The notes under the pieces were generated by a model, which was not told where the DNA came from, searched no databases, and saw only the letters and a list, made by a program, of their open reading frames with translations. A stretch of DNA of 64,000 bases from Acidobacteriota bacterium (GTDB taxonomy: Bacteria > Acidobacteriota > UBA6911 > RPQK01 > CBDAPI01), in NCBI GenBank assembly GCA_965197285.1, contig OZ240092.1, forward strand, positions 5,570,345 through 5,634,344. Direction: 5' to 3'. Made by a program: the position numbers and the translations under genes. Shown piece after piece: positions 30,794 through 40,591 of the stretch. Numbering within the stretch: the stretch's first letter is position 1; every line of letters begins with the position of its first letter.

Positions 30794-31693
30794 TCACATG
30801 CGGACCGGCCGGCTCGGAGGCTGGCAGGTAGGACAGAAGTGGGTCCCCCGCTGGGAAACGACAATCTTCTCGACTGGTGTTCCACACCGAACACAATCTT
30901 CGCCGCGCCTCCCGTACACCAGCAACTCTTCCTGAAAGCTCCCGGTTTCCCCGTCGCTGTTGATATAGTCGCGCATCGAAGTCCCGCCGAAGTGGATTCC
31001 CTTCTGCAGCACCCCCTTGATCGAGTGGAAAAGCCGTTCCTTCTCATAGCGGCGAAGGGTCCTCACTCGTCTCAAGGGATGGACACAGGCCTGGAAGAGA
31101 GCTTCATCCGCATAGATGTTTCCGACTCCGGCCACGAATCGCTGGTCCAGGAGGAGAGACTTGACGGCCAGCGTCCGTCCCGCAAAGCCGCCCAGGAATG
31201 CATCCAGCCGGTATTCATCGGAGAACGGCTCCAGGCCGAGGCGTGCAAAAAAGCGATCCCGCGAGGCCTCGGCCCGCGAAAGCAGGTACACTTTGCCGAA
31301 CATCCGAGTGTCGCGATACAGAAGGGAGGAGCCGTTTTCAAAATGAACCTGTAAGTGCGTGTGCCGGTCGGGAGCGTGCTGCCGCACGCGCTGCAAACCC
31401 GTTACAGGGTGGCGCAGAAAACCGTCCGCGTCCGGGAACTCCGGCAGTCGCAGAGTGAGCTGACCGGTCATTCCGAGGTGAACGACCAGGGTTTTCTCGC
31501 TCAACCGGAAGATGAGAAACTTCCCCAGCCGCGCCAGCTCTACAAAGCATTCCCCTTCCAGGGCGGCTGCCATCCGGGCCGGTTCGGTTTGAAAGATTCT
31601 AGAGCCGGTGGCCTCGATAGCGAGGATCTCCAGTCTCTCGACCCGGCCCTTGAGACCACGCCGAATCGTCTCCACTTCGGGAAGTTCGGGCAT
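30794..31693 (-). CDS. mutM: Formamidopyrimidine-DNA glycosylase (MutM/Fpg)
   Basis: MPELPEVETI; HLGMTG; GVGNIYADEALF; C-terminal CxxC...RGTHFCPTCQ zinc finger. Confidence 0.96.
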   Translation of the reverse strand: MPELPEVETIRRGLKGRVERLEILAIEATGSRIFQTEPARMAAALEGECFVELARLGKFLIFRLSEKTLVVHLGMTGQLTLRLPEFPDADGFLRHPVTGLQRVRQHAPDRHTHLQVHFENGSSLLYRDTRMFGKVYLLSRAEASRDRFFARLGLEPFSDEYRLDAFLGGFAGRTLAVKSLLLDQRFVAGVGNIYADEALFQACVHPLRRVRTLRRYEKERLFHSIKGVLQKGIHFGGTSMRDYINSDGETGSFQEELLVYGRRGEDCVRCGTPVEKIVVSQRGTHFCPTCQPPSRPVRM

Positions 31694-31721
31694 TTCTTGG
31701 CAGCTGGCTATCGGTTACTGC

Positions 31722-31755
31722 TTGAAAGTTAAAAGTTAAAGGTTGAAGGTTGAAC
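31722..31755 (+). repeat. Heptamer array TTRAAAG/TTRAAGG
   Basis: ttgaaag ttaaaag ttaaagg ttgaagg ttgaac. Confidence 0.85.
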
Positions 31756-31837
31756 TTTCAACTCGCAAGGAGGGCGATAGTCACCTTCTACTGTTAGGGA
31801 TGGGCCTGACAGAGGACCCATGGCAAGAAGCTGAGCG

Positions 31838-33613
31838 ATGCACGAGCACATCATCCGTGATCTGGCCCTGATCGTCGTCCTGGGGATTGCTGCCCAGTGG
31901 TTGGCCTGGCAGCTACGGCTCCCGTCCATTCTGCTGCTCTTGACTTTCGGTTTCCTGGCCGGGCCGGTCACGCACCTGCTCGACCCCGACGAGCTCTTTT
32001 CGGATCTGCTCTTCCCCTTCGTCTCGCTCTCCGTCGGCCTGATTCTTTTCGAAGGGGGGCTCACGCTCAAGTTCTCTCAGATCCGTGAGGTGCACCGATC
32101 GGTACGGAATCTGATCTCGATCGGAGCGGCCATCACCTGGGTTCTGGGGTCGGCGGCGGCTTATTTAGTGCTCGACCTGGGCCTGGCACTCTCGGTCCTG
32201 TTGGGGGCCATACTTGTGGTCACCGGGCCGACCGTCGTGATTCCCCTTCTCCGTCATGTCCGGCCGGTTCGCAGGGTTGCCTCGGTGGCTCGCTGGGAGG
32301 GGATCGTGATCGATCCGGTGGGGGCGACTCTGGCGGTTCTGATCTACGAAGCCCTGCTCATCGAAGGCTGGCAGGACGCCACCGGCCATGCTCTCCTTGG
32401 ATTATTCAAGACCATCGCCGTCGGAGTCGCTGCAGGTGGGCTGGGGGCCGTGATACTCGTGCTGCTGCTTCGCTACTACTGGGTTCCTGATTACCTGCAG
32501 ACTTCGTTCACTCTCATGATCGTGGTGATTGTGTTTGCCCTGTCCAACCAGCTACAGCACGAATCGGGGCTGCTTTCCGTGACTCTCATGGGAATTGTAC
32601 TCGCTAACCAGAAAAAGGCCGGCGTGCAGCACATCGTGGTATTCAAGGAAACTCTGACCGTTCTGCTGATCTCGTCGCTCTTCGTTCTGCTGGCAGCCCG
32701 GGTCGAGTTGAGCGAGTTGGCCCTGATCGACTTTCGCAGCTATCTCTTCGTGGCCCTGATGATCCTGCTGGTGCGGCCCATCTCCGTCTTCGCCGCCACC
32801 TGGGGCACCCGCCTCGAGTGGGAGGAACGCTGTTTTCTGGCCTGGCTGGCTCCCCGTGGAATCGTAGCGGCCGCCGTGGCCTCAATCTTTTCCCTGCGCC
32901 TGCAAGAGGCCGGTTTCGAACAGGCCGGCAGCATCGTTCCGATTACGTTCCTGGTCATAGTCGCGACGGTGAGTGTCTACGGCCTGACGGCCAGACCACT
33001 GGCCCAGAAACTGAAGCTGGCAGAGGCTACGCCTCAGGGTTTTCTGATCCTGGGAGCCCACTCCTGGTGCCGGACTCTGGCCGGACGACTGCAGTCGCTG
33101 GGCTTTCGCGTCGCGCTGATCGATCGCAACCGGCACAAGGTTCGGCAGGCTCGATTGTCCGGCCTCACCGCCTGGCACGGCAACGCGGTCCGGGAAGATG
33201 CCGAGCACATCGACTTGAGCGGGCTGGGAAGGTTCCTGGCCATGAGCGCAAACGACGAAGCCAACTCCCTGGCCTGTCTCAACTTTCGGGAAGTGTTCGG
33301 GCGAGCCGGAGTCTACCAGCTCGTACCGCGGGCGGAATCCCGGTCTGGAACCGCCAGGCACTTGCGCGGCCGGCTTCTGTTTGGCAGAGAAGCAACCTTC
33401 GATCATCTGGAAGCCCGCTTCGAAGCCGGAGCCGAGATCAAGGTCACCAAGCTGACGCCCGAGTTCGATGAAAGGGCGTACCGCGAGCTCTACGGTTCTT
33501 CCGCCATCCCCTTGTTCGTGATCCTTAGCAATGGTCTAATCCAACTGGCGGCCACCGATCGCCCCATTACCCCCAAACGTGGCCGCACCATCATCAGCCT
33601 GGTCGATCCCTGA
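31838..33613 (+). CDS. CPA1 (NhaP-like) cation:proton antiporter with C-terminal TrkA-N/RCK-like domain
   Basis: LILFEGGL; VTGPTVV; WEGIVIDP; LAPRGIVAAA; C-terminal LILGAH...IDRN Rossmann-like segment. Confidence 0.9.
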   Translation: MHEHIIRDLALIVVLGIAAQWLAWQLRLPSILLLLTFGFLAGPVTHLLDPDELFSDLLFPFVSLSVGLILFEGGLTLKFSQIREVHRSVRNLISIGAAITWVLGSAAAYLVLDLGLALSVLLGAILVVTGPTVVIPLLRHVRPVRRVASVARWEGIVIDPVGATLAVLIYEALLIEGWQDATGHALLGLFKTIAVGVAAGGLGAVILVLLLRYYWVPDYLQTSFTLMIVVIVFALSNQLQHESGLLSVTLMGIVLANQKKAGVQHIVVFKETLTVLLISSLFVLLAARVELSELALIDFRSYLFVALMILLVRPISVFAATWGTRLEWEERCFLAWLAPRGIVAAAVASIFSLRLQEAGFEQAGSIVPITFLVIVATVSVYGLTARPLAQKLKLAEATPQGFLILGAHSWCRTLAGRLQSLGFRVALIDRNRHKVRQARLSGLTAWHGNAVREDAEHIDLSGLGRFLAMSANDEANSLACLNFREVFGRAGVYQLVPRAESRSGTARHLRGRLLFGREATFDHLEARFEAGAEIKVTKLTPEFDERAYRELYGSSAIPLFVILSNGLIQLAATDRPITPKRGRTIISLVDP

Positions 33614-33625
33614 CGCCACCCGTTG

Positions 33626-33669
33626 AACCCTCAACGTTTAACCTTCAACGTTTAACCTTCAACCTTTAA
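33626..33669 (-). repeat. Heptamer array (AACCTTC/AACGTTT; TTRAAGG on the minus strand)
   Basis: aaccctc aacgttt aaccttc aacgttt aaccttc aaccttt. Confidence 0.85.
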
Positions 33670-33699
33670 TCCATCTACGATAGTATTTCCCAGTCCCGC

Positions 33700-33773
33700 T
33701 CGGGGGTCGTCCAATGGTAGGACAGCGGCCTTTGGAGCCGCCGATCCAGGTTCGAGTCCTGGCCCCCGAGCCA
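33700..33773 (+). tRNA. tRNA-Gln(UUG)
   Basis: Acceptor stem TCGGGGG/CCCCCGA; anticodon arm GCGGC-CTTTGGA-GCCGC; T-loop GGTTCGAGTCC; encoded 3' CCA. Confidence 0.97.
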
Positions 33774-33868
33774 GACTTGCCTCCAAACGCAGCGTTCGAG
33801 GTGCCGGATCCCGCCAAGCCCCCGCGTTGCGCCGGATCCTGCGCAGCGGAAAGGCGGTTGACCCTCAT

Positions 33869-34825
33869 TCACATGATGGAGGGATGGTGTAACGGAACGT
33901 CTTCGCCCCCGATCAGGTTCCTGCACTTCAAGACCTGCTGGCGGTGTGCGCTGAAGAAAACCTCAGAGGCCAGCGCGTGGTTATCAAAGATGCGCAGCAG
34001 CAGGGCGTGGTCGACCGCGTGTAAACTTGCCAAAGTCCGGAGAAGTTTTCCGTAGGAAGTCGCGAAGTCGATGGATTTAAAGCTGGAAACGGGCTGCTCC
34101 ACGCAGGTCAGCCGCTGCACCTGTCCGACGACTCCGCCCTGCAGTGATAGCTCTACGAACGGGACCAGCTCACAGGCCATCAGATAAGTGTCGCGATCGT
34201 CGGGGAGCCGATCCATGGAGCGGACCGCCAACTCCGCCGCCTTACGGTCGTAGAGCCGATAGCCGCTCTGCAGATCCAGGGGATAGCCGTTCCAGTAGCG
34301 GCGGTCGAGAACCCCTCCCTGAGCACCCAGCAGGAATTCCGTGAAGCTCTCGAAGATCCCGTTCGTCAGAAGCTCCCACTCCTTGCGTACCCACTCCATA
34401 GGCCTTGTCAACGAGGGACGACACCCAAAGATTGAGACCGCCGGGTCGGGGAGTCTTCTGTCGATCTCCTCCGCCAGCTGCACCATACGCCCCAGGTCCT
34501 GGAGCACATGATCTCCGTCGCAGTCCCGGGTCACCAGGTACCGCACCTCTTCCTGCAGCAGCCGTCGCAGCCCTTCGCGAACCGCTCCCATCTTTCCCTG
34601 ATTTCGGTCTAGACGAATGGTTAGACAATCCAGCCCGAGGTCTTTGCTGAGCCGGTCCAGGATGTTCTCGGCGGTGGTAGCTCGATCTACGACAAAGACG
34701 ACGTTACTCGAATCAAGGAACAGGTGTTGCTCCTCGAGCACCGAGCAAAGGAGTCGCTCGACGGTCTTCTCCTCAACAGACGGGTCGAAATAGACCGGCA
34801 GGACCATCCCGGTCAGATCGCGCAC
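33869..34825 (-). CDS. GT-A fold (GT2-like) glycosyltransferase
   Basis: VLPVYF; NQGKMGAVREG; TRDCDGDH (DxD motif); DLQSGYRLY. Confidence 0.75.
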   Translation of the reverse strand: MRDLTGMVLPVYFDPSVEEKTVERLLCSVLEEQHLFLDSSNVVFVVDRATTAENILDRLSKDLGLDCLTIRLDRNQGKMGAVREGLRRLLQEEVRYLVTRDCDGDHVLQDLGRMVQLAEEIDRRLPDPAVSIFGCRPSLTRPMEWVRKEWELLTNGIFESFTEFLLGAQGGVLDRRYWNGYPLDLQSGYRLYDRKAAELAVRSMDRLPDDRDTYLMACELVPFVELSLQGGVVGQVQRLTCVEQPVSSFKSIDFATSYGKLLRTLASLHAVDHALLLRIFDNHALASEVFFSAHRQQVLKCRNLIGGEDVPLHHPSIM

Positions 34826-34836
34826 CCGGGCAACCG

Positions 34837-35874
34837 TCAGGAAGACTTGCCCCCCTCTACTTCCTTCAATTGCGGTTGAATCAAGCCCAGTGCAATCCTG
34901 ATTTTCTCTTCAACCTCAGTAGCAATGTCAGGGTTCTCAAAGAGAAACTGTTTGCAGTTCTCACGTCCCTGGCCCAGCCGCTCACCACCGTAGGAAAACC
35001 AGGAGCCGCTCTTTTCCACCACGCGGTTGTTGACGCCGAGGTCGAGAATTTCTCCTTGTTTCGAGATGCCCTGGCCGAACATGATGTCGAACTCCGCCTG
35101 GCGAAAGGGAGGTGCCATCTTGTTCTTGACGATTTTGGCTCTGGTCCGGTTTCCAATCGTATGCTCTCCTTCTTTGATGGCTCCGATGCGCCGAATATCG
35201 ACCCGCACCGAGGAATAAAACTTGAGCGCGCGGCCGCCTGTAGTGGTCTCAGGGCTTCCAAACATGACGCCGATCTTCTCGCGAATCTGATTAATGAAGA
35301 TCAAGCACGTGTTCGACTTGGCAACAATCGCCGTCAGCTTACGCATCGCTTTTGACATCAGGCGCGCATGAAGTCCAACAAAGGAATCTCCCATCTCGCC
35401 TTCCAGCTCCGCCCTGGGGACCAGAGCCGCTACCGAATCCACCACCAGAATGTCGACTGCGCCGCTTCGCACCAGCATTTCCCCGATCTCAAGTGCCTGT
35501 TCACCAGAATCGGGCTGGGAAACCAGCAGTCCATCAATATCCACACCCAGCTTGCGGGAGTACTCGGCATCCATGGCATGTTCAGCATCAATGAACGCGG
35601 CCGTGCCCCCTTTCTTTTGAGCCTCGGCAATGGCATGTAGTGCCAGGGTCGTTTTCCCGCTCGACTCGGGACCATAAATCTCGACCACTCGACCGCGGGG
35701 ATAACCGCCGATTCCCAGAGCCACATCCACGCCAATCGAACCGGATGAGATCACAGGCACTCTAAGAGTGGCCCGATCGCCCAGTTTCATGATAGAGCCC
35801 TTCCCGAACTGGCGCTCGATCTGACCCAGCGCCATGTCAATGGCCCGTTGCTTCTCTTTACTTTTATCAGCCAT
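34837..35874 (-). CDS. recA: Recombinase A
   Basis: GPESSGKTT; FIDAEHA; [10 protein letters not shown]; [28 protein letters not shown]. Confidence 0.99.
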   Translation of the reverse strand: MADKSKEKQRAIDMALGQIERQFGKGSIMKLGDRATLRVPVISSGSIGVDVALGIGGYPRGRVVEIYGPESSGKTTLALHAIAEAQKKGGTAAFIDAEHAMDAEYSRKLGVDIDGLLVSQPDSGEQALEIGEMLVRSGAVDILVVDSVAALVPRAELEGEMGDSFVGLHARLMSKAMRKLTAIVAKSNTCLIFINQIREKIGVMFGSPETTTGGRALKFYSSVRVDIRRIGAIKEGEHTIGNRTRAKIVKNKMAPPFRQAEFDIMFGQGISKQGEILDLGVNNRVVEKSGSWFSYGGERLGQGRENCKQFLFENPDIATEVEEKIRIALGLIQPQLKEVEGGKSS

Positions 35875-35942
35875 ACGTGTTGTTCCTTTCCGACTTCCAG
35901 CTCCCGCCGATCCTGCCGGGACGCGGCAAATTCAGACTTTGA

Positions 35943-35981
35943 AGTCTAGCACAAAATGGCGACAGATTTCACCTTTTGTTC
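35943..35981 (-). promoter_or_regulatory. recA promoter: extended -10 plus a candidate LexA box over the -35 region
   Basis: TGCTAGACT (35951-35943); plus strand TTTC-N7-GTTC (35967-35981), one mismatch from GTTC-N7-GTTC. Confidence 0.5.
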
Positions 35982-36044
35982 ACTTCGCTCACGGCGCTCT
36001 TACCGGCCCCACGGGCCGGCACCAGACCGGCCCCAACAGTCTGC

Positions 36045-36893
36045 TCAACCATACTCGTAGAAACCACGCCCGCTTTTGCGGCCCAACCGGCCCGCGTCAA
36101 CCATTTGCCGAAGCAGGGGACAGGGCCGATACTTGGGGTCCCGATAGCCTTCGAAGAGCACGTTTAGAATGTCCAGGCAAACATCCAGCCCAATCAGGTC
36201 GGCCAGCTGCAGCGGACCCATTGGGTGGTTCATCCCCAGCTTCATGACCTGGTCTACAGCCTCGACTTCCGCCACCCCTTCCATGACCGTAAACATGGCC
36301 TCATTGATCATTGGCAGAAGAACGCGATTTGCAACGAACCCAGGGAAATCCTGCACCTCGACCGGCACCTTCTCCAGGTCCAGAGTCAGGTCCCGGGTGG
36401 TCTGCAGAGCCGCGTCGGAGGACTCCAGCCCCCGGATGATCTCCACCAGCCGCATGACCGGGACGGGGTTCATGAAATGCATCCCAACCATGGCTTCGGG
36501 GCGACCTGTGCAGGCGGCCAGACGAGTGATCGATATCGAAGACGTATTGCTGGCCAGGACGGCGCCGTCGCGGCAAATCCCGTCGAGCTGCCGAAAGACC
36601 TCTCTCTTGATTGAGAAATCCTCGAAGACTGCCTCGATCACGAAATCGGACTCTGCGAGCGCGTCGTGTTCCGTCCCGGTCTCAAGGCGCCGCAGCGTTT
36701 TCTCAAGGAGATCCTCCTGATCGGTTGCATCCATCTTTCTGATGATGCGGTGCAGGCTCTTCTCAATGCTTGCCACGGCCCTTTCCAGCGAGGATTGTTC
36801 CACGTCGCACAGATAGACCGCATGGCCATGGAAAGCCGCCACCTGGGCAATGCCGCTTCCCATCGTCCCGGCTCCAACCACCCCAATCTTCAT
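36045..36893 (-). CDS. hbd: 3-hydroxybutyryl-CoA dehydrogenase
   Basis: GVVGAGTMGSGIA; VIEAVFED; LASNTSSISIT; GMHFMNPVP; GFVANRVL; GRLGRKSGRGFY. Confidence 0.93.
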   Translation of the reverse strand: MKIGVVGAGTMGSGIAQVAAFHGHAVYLCDVEQSSLERAVASIEKSLHRIIRKMDATDQEDLLEKTLRRLETGTEHDALAESDFVIEAVFEDFSIKREVFRQLDGICRDGAVLASNTSSISITRLAACTGRPEAMVGMHFMNPVPVMRLVEIIRGLESSDAALQTTRDLTLDLEKVPVEVQDFPGFVANRVLLPMINEAMFTVMEGVAEVEAVDQVMKLGMNHPMGPLQLADLIGLDVCLDILNVLFEGYRDPKYRPCPLLRQMVDAGRLGRKSGRGFYEYG

Positions 36894-36962
36894 AGTTCCC
36901 TACTCTCTATAAACGCCAGTGACCAACAAAAATGCGATATTCTCCGGAGCAACTGAAATCCC

Positions 36963-37003
36963 GAAACGTGGAACGTGGAACGTGAAACGTGAAACGTGGA
37001 ACC
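36963..37003 (+). repeat. Heptamer array G(A/G)AACGT x5-6
   Basis: gaaacgt ggaacgt ggaacgt gaaacgt gaaacgt ggaacc, just downstream of the rel stop. Confidence 0.9.
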
Positions 37004-37007
37004 GCGT

Positions 37008-39176
37008 TTAGGCTCGAGCCTTCCTGGCCCGGTTGTCCGGTCGATCCACATCGCGTACACCATTGATGCCCTTGACGACGTTGACGACCCGGTCCAGGTG
37101 TTCGGTGTCCGTAACCTCCACCGTCAGATCGAAAAGCCCGAACCTTCCCTCAACGGTGTCGGCTGTCGCGTTGACAATATTGGTATTGATGTTGGAGATG
37201 GCGTTTGAGATGTCCGCCAGCATGCCCCGGCGGTCCTCGGTATAAATCCGCAGGCGAACCGCGTAGCGGTCTTCCTCGGTATCGCCAGCCCACTCCACCT
37301 CGATTGTTCTTTCCGGATTCAGGAGCAGGTTCTCCACATTGCGGCAGGTTGCGGCGTGAACCGAGATCCCCCGCCCGACCGTAATATAGCCGATAATCTC
37401 TTCCCCCCGGATGGGATTGCAGCACTTGGCTCGCGAGACCATCAGGTCAGCTTCCCCCTTCACGAGAATTCCATCATCCTGACCTCCCAACGCGGCGCGA
37501 ACCGCCTTGCCCGGCCTCGATTCCTCATGCTCTCGTTCCTCGGTCGCTTGTTCCGGGGCCAGTTTCTTGATGACCACGCGGGCCGGCAGCTTCCCGAACC
37601 CGAGGGCGGCATAGAGGTCCTCGACCTGCCTGAAATTCCAGGTCGGAAGCAGTTGCTTCAGCTTCTGCCGATAGCGCTTGGGACTGATCTGGTACTTTCG
37701 AGCTTCTTTCTCGTAGAGTTTCTTACCCAGAACTTCCGCTTGTTCCCGCTGCCTCTGGTTGAGCCAGCGCCGAATCGCGTTACGAGCTTTCGAGGTCTTC
37801 ACGAACTCCAGCCAACCCCGTCTGGGTCGACTCTGCTTAGAGGTCAGAATCTCGACGCGGTCGCCGTTCTTCAGCCGTGATTTAAGGGGCAGGAGTCGAC
37901 CGTTGATCTTGGCACCCACGCAGCGGTGGCCGATCTCGGTATGAATCGAGTAGGCAAAATCGACAGGGGTAGAGCCCTTCGACAGCGTGACGACCTCTCC
38001 TTTGGGTGTGAAGATGTACACCTCCTTGGGGTAGAGGTCAATCTTGAGGTTGCTCAGGAACTGATGGGGATCGCTGACTTCCTTCTGCCACTCCAGAACG
38101 CGCCTCAACCAGCCGAACTGCTGCTCCTCGGCCCCGGCACGGATCCCTTCTTTGTACTTCCAGTGGGCAGCGATCCCCTCTTCGGCGAGCCGGTGCATCT
38201 CGGGCGTTCGGATCTGGACTTCGAAAGGTTGGCCCCCGTTGCTCAAGACCGTCGTATGCAGGGACTGGTACATGTTGGGGCGGGGAATGGCAATGTAGTC
38301 CTTGATCCGGTCCGGAACCGGATTCCACAGGTTGTTCACGACTCCCAGTGCCGTATAACAGTCCTTGATCGACGGAACAATCAACCGGAAGGCGTGAAAG
38401 TCGTACACCTGATCCATTTCGATTCGCTGTCTCTTCATTTTTTCGGAGATGCTGTAGGGACGCTTGATCCGGCTCTGAGCCACTACTTCAATTCCTTGAT
38501 CCTGGAAGGTGGATTCAATGCGCTTGATCACTCCTCGTATGAAGCCGTCACTGTGAGCCAGCTTTTTACGCACCTGATCCCTGAGCCGCTTGAAGGATGC
38601 CGGGTCAAGGTAGCTGAAGGCGAGATCCTCCAACTCGCCACGGATCCTGGCGATTCCCAGCCGGTGAGCTATGGGCGCGTAAATCTCGATGGTTTCCCGG
38701 GAAATCGATTTCTGCTTCTCCTCCGACATTGCGCTCAGAGTGCGCATATTGTGGAGTCTGTCGGCCAGTTTCACGAGAATGACCCGGATGTCGTCCACCA
38801 TCGCCAGGAGAAGCTTGCGAAAGTTCTCAACCTGTTTCTCCTTTTTCGAGGAGAACTCGATCTGGCTCATCTTGGTGACGCCATCCACCAGGCTGGCGAT
38901 GTCTTCTCCGAACAGTTCCCGAATCCGCTCGGTAGTGGTCAGGGTGTCTTCGACCACATCGTGCAGCAGGCCCACCGAGACACACACAACATCCAGGTGC
39001 ATGTCGGCCAGAATGGCGGCAACCTCAACCGGATGCGAGAAATACGGCTCCCCCGATTTCCGAACTTGGTCCTTGTGGGCTTTCTCTGAAAAACGATACG
39101 CGTCCCGGAGGGGATCCAGATCGGACGTCGGCGCGTAGACTTCCACTCGAGCGCAAAGTTCGTCTAGACTCAGCAT
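37008..39176 (-). CDS. rel: Bifunctional (p)ppGpp synthetase/hydrolase (long RSH)
   Basis: RKSGEPYFSHP; LHDVVEDT (hydrolase HD intact); RIKRPYSI, YQSLHT, EVQIRT; TGS (HTEIGHRCVGAKING); C-terminal ACT domain. Confidence 0.96.
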   Translation of the reverse strand: MLSLDELCARVEVYAPTSDLDPLRDAYRFSEKAHKDQVRKSGEPYFSHPVEVAAILADMHLDVVCVSVGLLHDVVEDTLTTTERIRELFGEDIASLVDGVTKMSQIEFSSKKEKQVENFRKLLLAMVDDIRVILVKLADRLHNMRTLSAMSEEKQKSISRETIEIYAPIAHRLGIARIRGELEDLAFSYLDPASFKRLRDQVRKKLAHSDGFIRGVIKRIESTFQDQGIEVVAQSRIKRPYSISEKMKRQRIEMDQVYDFHAFRLIVPSIKDCYTALGVVNNLWNPVPDRIKDYIAIPRPNMYQSLHTTVLSNGGQPFEVQIRTPEMHRLAEEGIAAHWKYKEGIRAGAEEQQFGWLRRVLEWQKEVSDPHQFLSNLKIDLYPKEVYIFTPKGEVVTLSKGSTPVDFAYSIHTEIGHRCVGAKINGRLLPLKSRLKNGDRVEILTSKQSRPRRGWLEFVKTSKARNAIRRWLNQRQREQAEVLGKKLYEKEARKYQISPKRYRQKLKQLLPTWNFRQVEDLYAALGFGKLPARVVIKKLAPEQATEEREHEESRPGKAVRAALGGQDDGILVKGEADLMVSRAKCCNPIRGEEIIGYITVGRGISVHAATCRNVENLLLNPERTIEVEWAGDTEEDRYAVRLRIYTEDRRGMLADISNAISNINTNIVNATADTVEGRFGLFDLTVEVTDTEHLDRVVNVVKGINGVRDVDRPDNRARKARA

Positions 39177-39191
39177 TCAGGACCCGCGTCA

Positions 39192-39200
39192 AGTGTAGCA
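39192..39200 (-). promoter_or_regulatory. Extended -10 promoter element upstream of rel
   Basis: TGCTACACT on the minus strand, 15 nt before the start codon. Confidence 0.5.
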
Positions 39201-39257
39201 TCCCAGCGCCGATTGACCGCCTTCGTCTCCCCCCATCACGCACCCCCCTGCAGACAC

Positions 39258-39284
39258 AAAAAAAGGCGGCCCCAAAGCCGCCCC
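39258..39284 (-). terminator. Intrinsic terminator of the tonB operon
   Basis: Minus strand GGCGGC-tttggg-GCCGCC followed by T7. Confidence 0.8.
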
Positions 39285-39302
39285 GTATCCTCCGCGAGTC
39301 TA

Positions 39303-39330
39303 GTCAGCCTGTCAGTATGTCAGCCTGTCA
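39303..39330. repeat. Two copies of the 12-mer GTCAGCCTGTCA
   Basis: Copies at 39303-39314 and 39319-39330; the same 12-mer occurs at 56210 and 56368. Confidence 0.8.
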
Positions 39331-39353
39331 ACTGTCCGCCCGTTAGCCCGTCC

Positions 39354-40148
39354 CTACTGTCCCTCACCCCCAAACGTGTGGCGGGCACGCTCCGCCTCTT
39401 CCTCCTGGCGCTTTCTCAGCTCCAGGGCCTGCAGTGCCAGCTTATCGGCTTCCACCTGCCACTTGCGCTTTTCCTCCTCATCCGGGGCCAGATACGCCTT
39501 CTCCCGGTACATCAGGTTCAAGTACTGCATGGCATTGGTGTACTCGGCGTTGATGGCCAGAGCCTGCTTCAGAGCCTCGACTCCTTCGTCCACGAGTTGA
39601 ATGACTTCGACCCTCTCTTCTTCCTCGAGAAAGCTGACCGCGTCCCCGTTGATGCCGGTCTGGTCGTGAGCGAGTTGCCAGTTGATGGTCCCAATGCCGT
39701 AAAACGGCTCCGGGTTGCCGGGATCGACTTCCAGTCTCTTGCGGTACCAGTGCTTGGCCTGGTCGGGTTCGTCGTCGCCCCCATAGATGCCGGCGATGTT
39801 GGCCATGGCGTTGATGTTGACAGGATCCTTCTCCAGGACCCTTTCAAATGTCCGGATGGCCTTGTCGGAGAATTCGGCGTTTGCTTCGGTCTGGACACCG
39901 GGTATCCACTGGGCCCGGTAGGTGGTAGCCAGGTAAAGCTGCGCGTTCAATAGCTCCGGATCGTACTCGACGGCCAGCGCAAAGTGCTCCACCGCCTGCT
40001 CGAAACGCTCGCTCGAGTAGGCTTTGACGCCCTTGTTCATCTGATCTCTGGCTTTGAGTCGATACCATATCTCACAGCCGGTCATTGGCAGTGCCAGGCA
40101 GACCAGTAAAGCGGGCGGAAGCAGTGACTTGAACGGGCGTTTCTTCAT
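39354..40148 (-). CDS. TPR-containing lipoprotein
   Basis: Signal peptide ending in the lipobox MTG-C; several TPR helices (AQLYLATTY, AMANIAGIY, PFYGIGTINW). Confidence 0.8.
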   Translation of the reverse strand: MKKRPFKSLLPPALLVCLALPMTGCEIWYRLKARDQMNKGVKAYSSERFEQAVEHFALAVEYDPELLNAQLYLATTYRAQWIPGVQTEANAEFSDKAIRTFERVLEKDPVNINAMANIAGIYGGDDEPDQAKHWYRKRLEVDPGNPEPFYGIGTINWQLAHDQTGINGDAVSFLEEEERVEVIQLVDEGVEALKQALAINAEYTNAMQYLNLMYREKAYLAPDEEEKRKWQVEADKLALQALELRKRQEEEAERARHTFGGEGQ

Positions 40149-40168
40149 CGTATTTCCAAGAGTGATTG

Positions 40169-40585
40169 CTATTGCGACATGGGCATGAGCCCAATGTCGC
40201 CGACGCCGGCTCCTTTGGCTAGATCGATTACCCGAATCACGGTTCCGAACGGAAGCTCGTCGTGAGCCTGCACGAACAGGTTTTTGTTGGCGCGGGCGCT
40301 GTAGATATCAAAGAGGCGCGTTCCAAGCTGGCTCAAACTGACCGAGTCCTGGTTAATGGTTATCTCGCCGTCAAGGCTGACTGCCACCACGATGGCGTCC
40401 GACTTGACCACTACATTTTCGGGGAGATCCTCAGGGGGCTTGTCGGGGACTCGCGCTCTCAGATCGTACTGAGTTGTCGGCTGAATCACCATGAAGATGA
40501 TGAGAAGAACCAGCAGGATGTCGATGTACGGCGTGATGTTGATGTCCGATTTGGGGCCACTATGGGTGCCCGACGAGATGGCCAT
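40169..40585 (-). CDS. exbD: ExbD/TolR biopolymer transport protein
   Basis: DINITPYIDILLVLLIIFMV with the conserved TM Asp. Confidence 0.92.
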   Translation of the reverse strand: MAISSGTHSGPKSDINITPYIDILLVLLIIFMVIQPTTQYDLRARVPDKPPEDLPENVVVKSDAIVVAVSLDGEITINQDSVSLSQLGTRLFDIYSARANKNLFVQAHDELPFGTVIRVIDLAKGAGVGDIGLMPMSQ

Positions 40586-40591
40586 CTCTGG

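Noticed and set aside
33700-33773. tRNA-Gln as an integration site for a prophage or island
   Set aside because: No integrase nearby and I found no duplicated tRNA 3' end elsewhere in the window.
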